From assembly GCA_030550395.1 (NCBI GenBank), contig JAUQPL010000010.1, positions 12 to 64,011 on the forward strand: a stretch of DNA of 64,000 bases, written 5' to 3'. The position numbers and the translations under genes were made by a program. The notes below the pieces were generated by a model. It was not told the origin of the DNA. It did not search any database and saw only the letters and a program-made list of their open reading frames with translations. Origin of the DNA: Bacteroidota bacterium (GTDB lineage Bacteria > Bacteroidota > Ignavibacteria > Kapaibacteriales > HRBIN21). Below, piece by piece: positions 39,358-49,804 of the stretch (positions are counted from its first letter, which is position 1; each line of letters starts with the position of its first letter).

Positions 39358-40474
39358 CGGCAACTTCCCGCCATCGAAGGATATCCCGTAACTGCAGAAC
39401 CCGAGTTACACAACTCCACAGCCAGCCGAACAGGGCCGTGAAAGCCAGCAACGAGAAACTGAAAAGAAGCTGCTTCAGCGGATTGAGAGACCCCGGCGAT
39501 GGGTCAATGACCGGACCAATCGTGGAATCACCTCTCCCGCCAGGGTGGAGGCTTTCCATCATACGCGGGAGCACGAATATCAAGAACGGTACCGTGATGA
39601 AAGCAAATACAAGGTAGACGCTTCCCAACCGCGCCCGCTGTTCCCCTTCCGGCAGCGATGTCCGCAGAGCGAAGTAGGCAAGGTAAATCAGCAGCAGCAC
39701 AACAATGGTTGTTTGCCGGGGGTCCCAATTCCAGAAAGCACCCCAGTTAAAGCGTGCCCAAATTGCTCCCGTAAGGGTTGCCAAGACCGTGAAAACCGTC
39801 CCCACGATCACTGCTGCCATCGCTCGAATGTCCATCCAAGGTTGAGGACGTCGGAGATATTGCAGGGCGAAAATCATTGCCAGCGCATAGGCAAATACTG
39901 CTACCCACGCCAGTGGAACGTGGAAGTAGAGAATCCGCGCCCGCTCTCCCAAGCCAGGAATGTACGGCAGAACGACCCACGGCTCTATTGCCGTAATGCG
40001 CTGGGCAATCCATACGCTGTCCGAACCAGTCCACTGAACCCTGACTATTGCCGAGCGCGCTCGTAGAAAGCTCGCAGACGGCTCTTCTGCAAAGAGCAAT
40101 ATCGCTTCCCGAGACCGTCGCCCTTTGTCCTCCACTCTCACTTGCCATACACGACGCGTAGTATCATAGCGTGCTGGGCTAACACAGCGCAGCAGGACTG
40201 GCACGGTTAGCTCTGCTGTCCGCAGACGCTCAGCCTCCTTCCTGCTCATCAGGGATAGCGTTGCCCGCTGCCACTCCCGATTGACTGCAATGAATGCTTC
40301 ATCAAAGCTCCCCCCAATGGGAGGCAGTAGCACCGCACACAGCAATACCGTCAAAATCCCAATGACCATCCACTGCCACCACAACGGACGCGAGCGTTCC
40401 GGAGGATATACTACCGCCACCGCAATCCCAACAGCAAGTGCTCCCAAAAGCAGCACGTACTTCATCACCCTCAC
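39329..40474 (-). CDS. ccmC: heme exporter protein CcmC with N-terminal extension of about 180 aa
   Basis: C-terminal about 200 aa holds the CcmC WWD motif (WGAFWNWDPRQ) and conserved His-containing loops. The N-terminal part (2 TM plus soluble domain) has no recognised family. Start is GTG at 40474 or ATG at 40465. Confidence 0.75.
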   Translation of the reverse strand: MRVMKYVLLLGALAVGIAVAVVYPPERSRPLWWQWMVIGILTVLLCAVLLPPIGGSFDEAFIAVNREWQRATLSLMSRKEAERLRTAELTVPVLLRCVSPARYDTTRRVWQVRVEDKGRRSREAILLFAEEPSASFLRARSAIVRVQWTGSDSVWIAQRITAIEPWVVLPYIPGLGERARILYFHVPLAWVAVFAYALAMIFALQYLRRPQPWMDIRAMAAVIVGTVFTVLATLTGAIWARFNWGAFWNWDPRQTTIVVLLLIYLAYFALRTSLPEGEQRARLGSVYLVFAFITVPFLIFVLPRMMESLHPGGRGDSTIGPVIDPSPGSLNPLKQLLFSFSLLAFTALFGWLWSCVTRVLQLRDILRWREVADDGVFGAAR

Positions 40475-40481
40475 CTTCCCA

Positions 40482-40489
40482 CAAAAATA
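40482..40489 (-). promoter_or_regulatory. TAnnTTTG -7 box (TATTTTTG on minus strand) upstream of the ccmC-D-E-E'-F operon
   Basis: 8-17 nt upstream of the candidate ccmC starts (GTG 40474 or ATG 40465). Implies a very short or leaderless 5' UTR. Confidence 0.35.
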
Positions 40490-40597
40490 CCAAAAGCCTT
40501 GGCGCTATCCCTATGGGAGGTCGCCCTCCACGACGCCTGGAAATCCGTAATTTTCTTTCTCAGTCTGCAGAACCGTTACACTACACCCCCTGCCACA

Positions 40598-43414
40598 ATG
40601 TGGCTTGCCTGTGCTCTCCTCTGGTTCTGGACTCTTTCGCTAAGAGCGGAGGACAATCCGTTCCGACACCTTATGGAGAGAGCTCAGCCCCGACCGGAAA
40701 CGAAAGTATCTGTTCCCCTTCTCCCTCTCCGGCCCCTCCTCCCGTCTGCGCGGCTAGCCCCGTTTCCAAACGTGAACGTCATCGCCACGGAAAACGATCC
40801 GTTACCGATCCAGAACGAATCCTCCATTGCTATCAACCCCAAGAATCCCCGCAACCTGATCGCTTCCGCGGTAGATTACCGTGGCAATTCCTCTACCTGG
40901 GTCTATGTCTCCAGCGATGGTGGGCGCCGATGGCGGAATATAAACTTAGGCAAACCTTTCCCGGATTGGGTCTCCTCAAACGATCCCTCCGTCGCCTTCG
41001 ATGGCGAAGGACGTGGATACCTTTGCTATGGCGGCTTCAACCTCAATACCGGGGAAAACGGGGTCTTCGTTGCCATCAGTACCGATGGTGGCACGACGTG
41101 GCAATCTCACATTCCCGTCATTCTCCATCGCGGGACAATGACCCCAGACTCGGCCTTTGAGGACAAATACTACATCACCGTGGACAACTGCTTCACCTCA
41201 CCGTACTACGGACGCATTTACATCCCGTGGAAGCGCGTCATTCCACGTGATGCTTCTACTCAAATCGTGCTTGCCTTCTCCAGCGATGGTGGACGAACCT
41301 GGAGTCTTCCCGTAACCGTCAGTGAACGCTTGCCTGCCTCTTCGGAAGATACAACGTATGGACAAAGCTTTCCCTTGGCAGCCACAGGTCCAGACGGCAC
41401 CGTCTACGTCGTCTGGAACCATGGCCCGCAAAAAGCTATCGGCTTTGCAGTCTCCCGCGATGGCGGGAATACCTTTAGTGCTCCACAGCTCATCCAGCGC
41501 TACCGTCCTCTGGGGACAGCGAAGCGAATCCCGGAGGGCATACGCCACACCGTCAAAGGAGGGGTCCGTGCAGAAACCTATCCCGTCCTGGTCTGCGATA
41601 CTACGGCAGGACCGCGCCGCGGATGGCTCTATCTCTGCTGGGCTGCTGACTCCATCCCTAATATCTACTTCTCCCGCTCCACGGACGGCGGACTTACTTG
41701 GAGTACCCCCATTATCGTCCACTCCGATACTACCGGAGACCAATTCTGGCCCTGGATGGCTCTGGACCCCACCACGGGCGACTTGGCAATCATGTACTTG
41801 GACAGCCGCGATGATCCCCAGAATCTACTCGTCACCGTCTCCGTCAGCTACTCCAGTGATGGCGGAATGACATGGGTGGATCGCCGCTGTGGTGATACCC
41901 TCTGGGACTTGCGGCGGAATCCCTTCCGAGAGAACGCCTTTGCCGGTGACTACAGCGGTTGCACCTTCTACAACGGCTGGGTCTATCCATCGTGGGTAGA
42001 TATGCGCAACACTACCTTCAATACCGCTGACAACGACGTCTACACGGCTCCTATCAACGTTCGTGCTCCCATGCCTGTGGCAAACTTCCGCGTCTCCATT
42101 ATCCCAGACACCCCAACGGCGCTGCGCCTCCAGTGGGATTCTCCCAACAGCCGCGTCTTCGGGCAACCACTCCCGGAGTTTACATATGTTCTGTTCCGCA
42201 ACGGAACCTTCCTACGCACCCTCCCTCAAGGAATCACTCGCTATATAGACACTGGACTTCAGCCTCACGAACTCTACCGCTATGACCTCATCGTCGTTGC
42301 TGACAGCGATAGTAGTGCTCCCAGCTCCGACTCTGCCCGCGCAGGCGGTGCCCGTGAACCCGCACCTCCGGAGCTCTTCCCACCAGCTATCGTACAATCG
42401 GACACCGTCCACCTTACTGTTCGCCTCCCCCGTTACCGGGCCGATGGCTTTACGCCGCTTACGAATCTGCGCCAGCTTCGTCTCTACCAAGATTCCGTCC
42501 CTATCACCACAATCTCGGTAAGCCCTACCGACACCGGACAAACGATGACGCTGACAGACATTGTCCCGGCAAGCGGATTCTACCAGTACCATGTCACTGC
42601 CGTTGCCGGTACTGCTGAAAGCCAGCCCAGCAGCCGCTATCTAGTCTACGCCGGAACGCCTAACCCCGAGCTCTTTGAACCATTCGCTGAACCCGAACTT
42701 CCACCCTCCCGGTACTACAACAGCGGCTCATGGGCTTTGACCACCAGCTTCGTCTACTCGCCCCCATTAGCAATAACGGAGTCCCCCGAAGGACCGTACC
42801 CCAACCGTGCTCGCGATACTCTCCTGCTTCCACCCATCGCTGTATCTCCTTCGGTCCTGCTGGAGGTGAGCTTTGTTCATGCCGCTATTGTCCATCCCAC
42901 GGATACAGGCTTTGTGGAAATTGCCTACAACGGATGGGATTCCTGGCAGCTCCTCGGTGCCTACAATGCCTCGCTCTATGCCCCATGGGCAGACTCCGCG
43001 CTGAGCTCCGAAGACTGGCGCTTTGAACGGTACCTTCTCTCCCCGCCCGATACTGCTCGATTCCTCTGGGTACGTTTCCGCTTCTTCTCCGGTCCTCTCC
43101 GTACAGCTGAAGGCTGGTTCATTGACGACATCCGTATCTATCCCACCACAGGGATTGCCGAACCAAGCAAAAACAGTATTATCCTTTCCCCCAACCCAGC
43201 ATCCCTCTATCTGCAGTGCCGGCTCCCTGAGTCCCAAAGCGCAATCTTTTCCGTCCTTGATTTCCTCGGCCGGGCACAAGTGCTCCCGATTCTCCAGCGG
43301 AATCGGGACGAGATTGTGCTTGACATCCGTTCGCTGTCGCCAGGTCCATATCTTTTACGGGTTCACTCCACTGACGGCTCTGTCCGCACACATCCCTTCC
43401 TCGTACTCCGCTGA
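40598..43414 (+). CDS. secreted BNR/Asp-box repeat (sialidase-like beta-propeller) protein with FN3-like region and T9SS C-terminal domain
   Basis: Six S-x-D-G-G-x-T-W Asp-box repeats (SSDGGRRW, STDGGTTW, SSDGGRTW, SRDGGNTF, STDGGLTW, SSDGGMTW). C-terminal tail ILSPNPASLYL...PYLLRVHSTDGSVRTHPFLVLR. Confidence 0.7.
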   Translation: MWLACALLWFWTLSLRAEDNPFRHLMERAQPRPETKVSVPLLPLRPLLPSARLAPFPNVNVIATENDPLPIQNESSIAINPKNPRNLIASAVDYRGNSSTWVYVSSDGGRRWRNINLGKPFPDWVSSNDPSVAFDGEGRGYLCYGGFNLNTGENGVFVAISTDGGTTWQSHIPVILHRGTMTPDSAFEDKYYITVDNCFTSPYYGRIYIPWKRVIPRDASTQIVLAFSSDGGRTWSLPVTVSERLPASSEDTTYGQSFPLAATGPDGTVYVVWNHGPQKAIGFAVSRDGGNTFSAPQLIQRYRPLGTAKRIPEGIRHTVKGGVRAETYPVLVCDTTAGPRRGWLYLCWAADSIPNIYFSRSTDGGLTWSTPIIVHSDTTGDQFWPWMALDPTTGDLAIMYLDSRDDPQNLLVTVSVSYSSDGGMTWVDRRCGDTLWDLRRNPFRENAFAGDYSGCTFYNGWVYPSWVDMRNTTFNTADNDVYTAPINVRAPMPVANFRVSIIPDTPTALRLQWDSPNSRVFGQPLPEFTYVLFRNGTFLRTLPQGITRYIDTGLQPHELYRYDLIVVADSDSSAPSSDSARAGGAREPAPPELFPPAIVQSDTVHLTVRLPRYRADGFTPLTNLRQLRLYQDSVPITTISVSPTDTGQTMTLTDIVPASGFYQYHVTAVAGTAESQPSSRYLVYAGTPNPELFEPFAEPELPPSRYYNSGSWALTTSFVYSPPLAITESPEGPYPNRARDTLLLPPIAVSPSVLLEVSFVHAAIVHPTDTGFVEIAYNGWDSWQLLGAYNASLYAPWADSALSSEDWRFERYLLSPPDTARFLWVRFRFFSGPLRTAEGWFIDDIRIYPTTGIAEPSKNSIILSPNPASLYLQCRLPESQSAIFSVLDFLGRAQVLPILQRNRDEIVLDIRSLSPGPYLLRVHSTDGSVRTHPFLVLR

Positions 43415-43417
43415 GTA

Positions 43418-44164
43418 ATGCCGGAACCCCTCTACATCGTGTTTGACATTGAAACTGTCCCCCTCCCCTGGGAAAGCTTTGCTCCCAGTCAACAGGAATT
43501 TTTGCTCCGCGGCGCCCATTCTGAAAGCGAGCAGGAGCGGCGTAAAGCCGAAATGGCTCTTTCTCCTTTCACAGCCCAGGTTATCTGCCTGGGGCTACAG
43601 ATTATGGAAACCACCGGCGATAATACCTGGACTCTCCGCAGCCGCGGCGCTTACGCCGTTGACCCCAGCTGCACCGAGGGCGAACTTCTGCCAGAGGCTT
43701 TGGAAGACGGTACCCCGATCTACCGATGCACTGAACGCACGCTCCTGGAGCAGTTCTGGAAGCTCCTGGACAAATATTCCACCGCCCACCTAGTCACTTT
43801 CAATGGACGCAACTTTGATGCACCCTTTCTCATGCTCCGATCGGCGCTGTACCGCATCCGTCCTTCCCGTAACCTCATGGAAGGCACGCGCTACCGCTAT
43901 GGTGGACATACCGATCTGCTGGACGAACTCTGCTTCTATAATCCTCAGCCTGTCGGTGCAACGAAACGCTACAATTTTGACTTCTATGCCCGCGCCTTCG
44001 GTTTAGAATCCCCGAAATCCCATGGTATTGACGGCTCACGCGTTGCCCAGTACTACTACGAGGGACGCCTCCTGGAAATCGCTGCCTATTGTCTTGCTGA
44101 TGTGGCGGCTACGTGGGAGCTGTTTCTCCTCTGGTACCGCTACCTGCGTTTTGAGAACACATAG
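43418..44164 (+). CDS. DnaQ-like 3'-5' exonuclease of the PolB-exonuclease-like (RNase H fold) family
   Basis: Exo I YIVFDIETVPLP. Later FNGRNFDAPFL and Y..D motifs consistent with DEDDy exonuclease. Confidence 0.65.
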   Translation: MPEPLYIVFDIETVPLPWESFAPSQQEFLLRGAHSESEQERRKAEMALSPFTAQVICLGLQIMETTGDNTWTLRSRGAYAVDPSCTEGELLPEALEDGTPIYRCTERTLLEQFWKLLDKYSTAHLVTFNGRNFDAPFLMLRSALYRIRPSRNLMEGTRYRYGGHTDLLDELCFYNPQPVGATKRYNFDFYARAFGLESPKSHGIDGSRVAQYYYEGRLLEIAAYCLADVAATWELFLLWYRYLRFENT

Positions 44165-44185
44165 CCTCTGGCTTCTCAAGGTTCC

Positions 44186-45274
44186 CTACACGAAGGGGAG
44201 TTTCACCACTTCTGCAGCAAATCGCCGTCCCCCGTGCCCTACAATTTCAATGCGAGTGCCCGGCCCAGCATAATCCACCGGTACATACCCCATTCCAATA
44301 CCCAGGCGCAGAATCGGTGAGATATTACCGCTGGTCACGTGACCAATTGTCTGCTCCCCATGCACGATAGCGTAATGCTGCCGGGGGATTGCCCGCTCGC
44401 TTTCTGTGCGAAAGCCTACTAACCGCCGCTTGATCCCCTGCTGCTTGACCCCTAGCAGAACCTCCCGACCGTTGAAGTCCCCTTTATCCAGCTTGGTAAT
44501 CCAACCCAACCCTGCCTCCAGCGGATTGGTGGTCTCGTCAATATCGTTGCCGTAAAGACAGTAGCCCTTCTCCAAACGCAGGGTATCCCGAGCCCCCAAC
44601 CCCGCCGGCTCAATCCCAAAAGCGGCCCCCGCACGGAAGATCTCCTGCCAGACATGCTCGGCCGCTGCCTGATCTCCTTCAAAGTAAAGCTCATACCCAA
44701 GCTCACCTGTGTAGCCGGTACGAGAGATAAGCATCGGAACGCCCGCCAGCTTCCCCCAGCGGTGGTGGTAGTACGGAATCTCTAACAAAGGCACCTCTGT
44801 CAACGCCTGAAGAGCCTCTGCTGATCGAGGCCCCTGAACCGCCAGCAAATGGGTCCGCTCGCTTACATCCTCCAGATGCACGCGATATGCCCCAGCATGC
44901 GCCCGGAGCCATTCGAAGTCCTTCCCAATGTTTGCAGCGTTGACCACCATCATATAGAAGTCGCCGCAGTGGTAGAGGACCAAATCGTCCACAATGCCCC
45001 CATGGGAATAGCACATCGCCGAATACTGTGCCCGCCCAGGAACGAGCTTGGAAACATCGTTGATCGTCATCTGCTGGAGGAATGGCAACGCCTCCTCACC
45101 CCAGATGCGGAATTCCCCCATATGGGACACATCAAAAACTCCCACCCGCTGTCGCACTGCCAAATGCTCATGCAGAATGCCTTTCGGATAGTGAATGGGC
45201 ATCTCAAAGCCAGCAAACGGCGCCATCTTCGCTCCTAACCGCCGGTGAATGTCCGCAAAGATCGTCTGCTTCAT
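44186..45274 (-). CDS. gcvT: glycine cleavage system aminomethyltransferase T
   Basis: [18 protein letters not shown] and GYTGE.GYE motifs. 362 aa. Confidence 0.9.
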   Translation of the reverse strand: MKQTIFADIHRRLGAKMAPFAGFEMPIHYPKGILHEHLAVRQRVGVFDVSHMGEFRIWGEEALPFLQQMTINDVSKLVPGRAQYSAMCYSHGGIVDDLVLYHCGDFYMMVVNAANIGKDFEWLRAHAGAYRVHLEDVSERTHLLAVQGPRSAEALQALTEVPLLEIPYYHHRWGKLAGVPMLISRTGYTGELGYELYFEGDQAAAEHVWQEIFRAGAAFGIEPAGLGARDTLRLEKGYCLYGNDIDETTNPLEAGLGWITKLDKGDFNGREVLLGVKQQGIKRRLVGFRTESERAIPRQHYAIVHGEQTIGHVTSGNISPILRLGIGMGYVPVDYAGPGTRIEIVGHGGRRFAAEVVKLPFV

Positions 45275-45283
45275 CTTTCTGGC

Positions 45284-47002
45284 TCACTCCGCTCTAACGA
45301 TCTCGCGCACATGGACAATGCCAAACCGTGCCGACACATAGGCTAAATCCGTAAAGCTTGCACTCCCGGCCGCATTGACCCCTGCTCCATGGAAATCGCT
45401 ATAGGCTGCCGATTGATTGATCCACACTGGACCGACGAAATTCAGAGCCACGGGGGCCCCTGCCTCGGTAATAGAGGCAATCGCTCGCTCCTTGAAATGC
45501 TCATCGGTCGTATACACCGCTGTCACCAAAGCCCCTACTGTCTGCACCAGATGGACCATCTCCGCTAATGCCTGCTCGGCATCCGGAGCCCGCACAAGGA
45601 AGGCAATCGGACCAAACCATTCTCGACCGTAGAAGGCCCGATCCTCCTGCCAACGAGCTTCCAAAAGAACGGGGGTCGCTGTTCGGGCATGCGGGAAATC
45701 TGGGTGCGAAAGGGAGGCACTCCCCCGCAGCACGGGCAATCCTAATGCTTCGGCTTGGCGGACGCGCTGGAGTGTGCGCTCGCTCTGGATGGCTCCTAAA
45801 GTGGGCGGACCCGCCTTCGGGTTTTGGACCAGGGCATCAATAGCCGAGACAAGCCGTTCGGCAAACGCCGCAACCGATAGTTTCCCCTCCGGTGTCTCAA
45901 TACCCTCCTCCGGCGCAATGATGTTCTGCGGTGCCGTACACATCTGCCCACTGTAAAGGCAGAGACTGAAGGCAAGGTTCTCCAGGGCTGCTCCGAGATT
46001 GCTCACCGAGTGCACTAGCACGGAATTGACACCGGCCTTCTCCGTGAAGACCACCTTCCCTCCCAATCGCCGCTCTAACTCTGCGCCGAAGGCAGGACCG
46101 CCAGTATAATCCACGATACGGACTGCCGGATGTTCCACAACCTCCCACGTCAACGGCTCCTCAGGAGTACAAGGCAGGAAAACGAGCACATGGGGGTCTA
46201 CACCCAGGGCATCCAGCACCTGCTGGAAGCGGGCAACGAACAGAGCCACAGGCAACATTGCCAGCGGATGCGGCTTCCACAAGCATCCGTTCCCTGTGAC
46301 GAGGTTGGCAAAAACGCCAGGCAAGGCATTCCACAGAGGAAAGGTTGAACACCCGATGACAGCCCCCAATCCTTTCGGAACCGTCACAAAACGCTTGTGG
46401 AGAACGATTTCCCCTTTCCCGAAAGACTTCCTCCACAACGCTTCGCCAGCAAAGTACTCCAGTGCCACAACTCCTGTGGCTACAGCTTCCAATGCGCGGT
46501 CGAAGGCATGTGGACCGGAGGCTTGGAAAGCCATAACGAAGCCCTGTCCGGTCGTATGCATGGTGGCATAGGCAAGAGGGAAAAACTCTGCCGCTGTCTG
46601 TTCCAGAGCTTCAATCAGAATTGCAGCTCGTTGGCGTGCACTGAGACGTCGCCACTGCTGCTGCGCTCGCTGTGCACGCTCTACCGCCGTGGCAACCGAG
46701 ATCTGCGGGTATTCTATCCCCAGCGGGAATCCATACGGGGACTCCTCTCTTCCCACCCATGCACCATCGTGAACTTGGAGCAGCTCACGGAACGGTTTGT
46801 TCAAGAGAGACTCAAAGCGGTGTCGCCCCTTTTCGTTTGCATCTTCACCGTAGATCTTGCCACTGGGAATTTCCGCCCAATGGGCATAGAAGGTCCGTTC
46901 TCGTACCGCAGCGATTGCCTGCGCAAGCGTTCCAGCATGTTTGTCTATCAGCTCTTCCCAAGCCATGAGCCCTTCTTTTGACAAGCGGAACTTGCTCAGC
47001 AT
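45284..47002 (-). CDS. PaaN-type aldehyde dehydrogenase (phenylacetate ring-cleavage semialdehyde dehydrogenase-like)
   Basis: ALDH fold with catalytic GQMCTAP and WKPHP segments plus a C-terminal extension, resembling PaaN/PaaZ-N. The start may be the internal ATG at 46966. Confidence 0.6.
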   Translation of the reverse strand: MLSKFRLSKEGLMAWEELIDKHAGTLAQAIAAVRERTFYAHWAEIPSGKIYGEDANEKGRHRFESLLNKPFRELLQVHDGAWVGREESPYGFPLGIEYPQISVATAVERAQRAQQQWRRLSARQRAAILIEALEQTAAEFFPLAYATMHTTGQGFVMAFQASGPHAFDRALEAVATGVVALEYFAGEALWRKSFGKGEIVLHKRFVTVPKGLGAVIGCSTFPLWNALPGVFANLVTGNGCLWKPHPLAMLPVALFVARFQQVLDALGVDPHVLVFLPCTPEEPLTWEVVEHPAVRIVDYTGGPAFGAELERRLGGKVVFTEKAGVNSVLVHSVSNLGAALENLAFSLCLYSGQMCTAPQNIIAPEEGIETPEGKLSVAAFAERLVSAIDALVQNPKAGPPTLGAIQSERTLQRVRQAEALGLPVLRGSASLSHPDFPHARTATPVLLEARWQEDRAFYGREWFGPIAFLVRAPDAEQALAEMVHLVQTVGALVTAVYTTDEHFKERAIASITEAGAPVALNFVGPVWINQSAAYSDFHGAGVNAAGSASFTDLAYVSARFGIVHVREIVRAE

Positions 47003-47115
47003 TCAAACTTAGGCTTTTCCCATGCTCTATACGCCTGCCGCCTTGAAAATCTCTTTCTCTTTATGCGGATGCTCCTCCATGGCTCGTCTATCCGAGCACA
47101 CGAGCTGGATACTTA

Positions 47116-48291
47116 ATGCAACCGGCGGAGCATCGTACAATCCAACTTGCACGACGCCTTGTTCTGACACTGGGGCTTGTCAGCTTCTTTGCAGACGCAA
47201 CGTACGAAGGAGCACGGAGCATTACCGGACCTTTTCTGGGAGTGCTGGGCGCCAGCGCTGCCACAATCAGCCTCATTGCCGGTTGTGGTGAACTGGTTGG
47301 CTATGCTCTCCGTGGGGTCTCAGGCTACTTGAGCGACCGAACTAGCCGTTACTGGCTCTGGATATGGCTGGGGTACAGCGTGAATCTCCTTTCCGTCCCC
47401 CTGCTTGCTGCAGCTCCTAATTGGGAAGTGGCTGCTGTCTTGATTGTGAGCGAGCGATTGGGAAAGGCACTCCGTACACCTGCTCGCGATGTCCTATTGG
47501 CCTCAGCCGGACGCTTCCTTGGCTACGGTCGCGCCTTTGGTCTTCATGAACTGCTGGACCAGATCGGGGCTGTCCTGGGTCCTCTCTTGGTAGCAGCTGT
47601 TCTAAGCCGGGGTGGGGAGTACCGAAGTAGCTTTATAGCCCTCCTTGTCCCCGCCGTACTTGCCCTAATAGCACTGCTGCCTGCCCGTATTACCCCGACA
47701 TTACGGTCAGAGTCTTCCCAAGCTCGCACCGTATTCCGTATCCGCACCCTCAGCCGCCAATTCTGGCTTTACATTATCGCCATGGCGCTCACAGCAGCCG
47801 GCACAGCAGATTTTGCGCTCATCGCCTTCCATCTCCAGGCAACCAGTGCCATACCCTCCGCATGGATTCCCCTTTCTTACGCCCTGGCGATGGGAATCGA
47901 TGCCTTAGCTGCCCTTATCCTGGGACGCATGTATGACCGTGTAGGGCTCCGATTACTCCCCGCCGCGGTCGGTATTGCTACTGTAGCAGCACCTCTGGTC
48001 TTCCTGAGCCCCTTCCCCGCCGCCCTTGCCGGTCTTGTTCTCTGGAGCATCAGCATTGGTCTTCAAGAATCTATTGCTCGTGCAGCTCTTACCAACTTCG
48101 TTGCTCCTGAATGGCACGGCACGGCGTACGGAATCTTCCACGCTATCTTCGGAATCTCCTGGTTCCTCGGCAGTGCTGCCATGGGATTGCTCTATACATG
48201 CTCCCCTGCACTTCTGGTCACCTTCGCCATCACGACATACAGTGTCGCCTGCCTCTTGCTCTATCTCCTTGCCAAGGGCCGTCAGATGTAG
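47116..48291 (+). CDS. MFS transporter
   Basis: 12 predicted TM and a G..DR..R-like loop. Family only. Confidence 0.75.
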   Translation: MQPAEHRTIQLARRLVLTLGLVSFFADATYEGARSITGPFLGVLGASAATISLIAGCGELVGYALRGVSGYLSDRTSRYWLWIWLGYSVNLLSVPLLAAAPNWEVAAVLIVSERLGKALRTPARDVLLASAGRFLGYGRAFGLHELLDQIGAVLGPLLVAAVLSRGGEYRSSFIALLVPAVLALIALLPARITPTLRSESSQARTVFRIRTLSRQFWLYIIAMALTAAGTADFALIAFHLQATSAIPSAWIPLSYALAMGIDALAALILGRMYDRVGLRLLPAAVGIATVAAPLVFLSPFPAALAGLVLWSISIGLQESIARAALTNFVAPEWHGTAYGIFHAIFGISWFLGSAAMGLLYTCSPALLVTFAITTYSVACLLLYLLAKGRQM

Positions 48292-48347
48292 GGGACCTCC
48301 TCATACAAACTGCCTGTTTGCTGACCCTGTGCCTCCGATTGCTATTG

Positions 48348-48378
48348 CTCCCCGGACTACCCAACGGCAGCCGGGGAG
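48348..48378. other. GC-rich hairpin (CTCCCCGG / CCGGGGAG stem, 15-nt loop) between the convergent MFS and T9SS beta-propeller genes
   Basis: Perfect 8-bp stem. No flanking U-tract on either strand, so it could be a U-tract-independent bidirectional terminator or simply incidental. Confidence 0.25.
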
Positions 48379-48403
48379 CATGGTACGCGCAGGCAAAGCT
48401 CTT

Positions 48404-49804
48404 TCAGTACACAAACAGCGGAAGAAGAGCAGTCCGGTCTCCCGCCACAAGGCGAAGAACATACGAGCCAGCAGGAACCATTGGGCGCGAAAGGGGGAGC
48501 AAAACAGCTAATCGCCCCGACTCTCCAACTGGAAGCTGCCACGCATAGCAGCGACGTCCGTCAAGGCTGAATAGCTCCGCCTGGACCATCTGCCCTCCAT
48601 ACCCAGATAACTCCCATTCCACCCACACTGGACCCTCATTGAGAATTGTTGGTCGCACTCGCGGCTGTCCCGCCTGGAGAGGCTTCTGAGCAACCGAGGT
48701 AGGCAACACCAGCCGAAAGACCGCCAAGACGCTATCGGCAGCATACGCCGGCGTAAAGACTTGCGCAACCCACAACTCCAGTGTATCTCCTAAGCGTCGC
48801 ACTGCCATGCCCTCAGCAAGCCCAGTCAGCGATAAGACCTGTAGAATATTGCCCGTGGCAATATCGATCCAGCGCACTTCCCGGCTATAGGTGCTGACCA
48901 ACAGGGTCCGTTGTCCGTTCGGCAGAGTCAACAGAAGCGCTTCCCGCGGTCCACCATAGCCACTGGTACCCACAGCAATCGGCATCCGATGCCAAAGGCG
49001 AGTTGTTGGGTCTATCAAGAAGATTTCATGGGAGCCATTGGCGACAACGACTAATGTGTCCCCGGAGAGGAGCAGGAAATTCCCCGTGTCTCCGACAGGT
49101 ACAATCACTGTAGCTGAGTCTTTGGCATTCGGGAGGAAATGGACACTCGCATTATTGCCCCCGAAAGTTCCCTCGCACAGCACAATGAGCTGTCGCCGGG
49201 CAGAGTCCCAGAGTAGCTGTTGGATATTCGGACAGCCCCCAAGGCGGAAGCTGTCCACTATCCCAACACCAGGAAGCACTTTGAGGATAAGTCCCTCCTC
49301 AGAAGAGGCACGTCGGCTGACAACGAGCGTATCTCCGAGCACAAGGACTGCTTGCGCTGCTCCCAAAAGCACTGTATCCTCATGAGGCTGCCCGAAAGGA
49401 GGAAACGTATGCCGTGTCAGGCGATCAATTCGAGGTAAGTAGAGCACGAAACGGTCGCCTTCTCGTCTCACAGCAGGGCGCACAGGAAAGCTCAATACCC
49501 CCCACGGGAATGTCCAATTGAAGCTGGAAAGAGAACCCCCAGCTTCTTCGTATGCAACCGTTAAAGAGGGCGGTTCATCTTCGGCATCTGGTTGCCCATT
49601 GAAATTTGCGTCCACCCCTACACAGAGCACGTATGCCGTGCTAAAAGAGTCAGGGTTTCCCTCTCTTGCTCCCCAGAAGAGCCCAACAGGGGCTTTCCCC
49701 AGCGTTTCATGAAAGCGAACAAACTCCCACTGGTACTGCTGTGCTATCGCAGAGAACCCATAGAGAAACACAAAAGCACCCAAGCAGACAGAGCGCCTGA
49801 CCAT
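48404..49804 (-). CDS. secreted beta-propeller-like protein with T9SS C-terminal domain
   Basis: Signal peptide (MVRRSVCLGAFVFLYGFSAIAQQ). Repeated blades. C-terminal tail AELFSLDGRRCYAWQLP...SYVLRLVAGDRTALLPLFVY. Confidence 0.55.
   Translation of the reverse strand: MVRRSVCLGAFVFLYGFSAIAQQYQWEFVRFHETLGKAPVGLFWGAREGNPDSFSTAYVLCVGVDANFNGQPDAEDEPPSLTVAYEEAGGSLSSFNWTFPWGVLSFPVRPAVRREGDRFVLYLPRIDRLTRHTFPPFGQPHEDTVLLGAAQAVLVLGDTLVVSRRASSEEGLILKVLPGVGIVDSFRLGGCPNIQQLLWDSARRQLIVLCEGTFGGNNASVHFLPNAKDSATVIVPVGDTGNFLLLSGDTLVVVANGSHEIFLIDPTTRLWHRMPIAVGTSGYGGPREALLLTLPNGQRTLLVSTYSREVRWIDIATGNILQVLSLTGLAEGMAVRRLGDTLELWVAQVFTPAYAADSVLAVFRLVLPTSVAQKPLQAGQPRVRPTILNEGPVWVEWELSGYGGQMVQAELFSLDGRRCYAWQLPVGESGRLAVLLPLSRPMVPAGSYVLRLVAGDRTALLPLFVY

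Noticed and set aside
40302-40493. Expectation of ccmA/ccmB upstream of ccmC
   Set aside because: Only a 63-aa antisense ORF and a divergent promoter region lie there. The ABC exporter genes are genuinely absent from this cluster, not merely unannotated.
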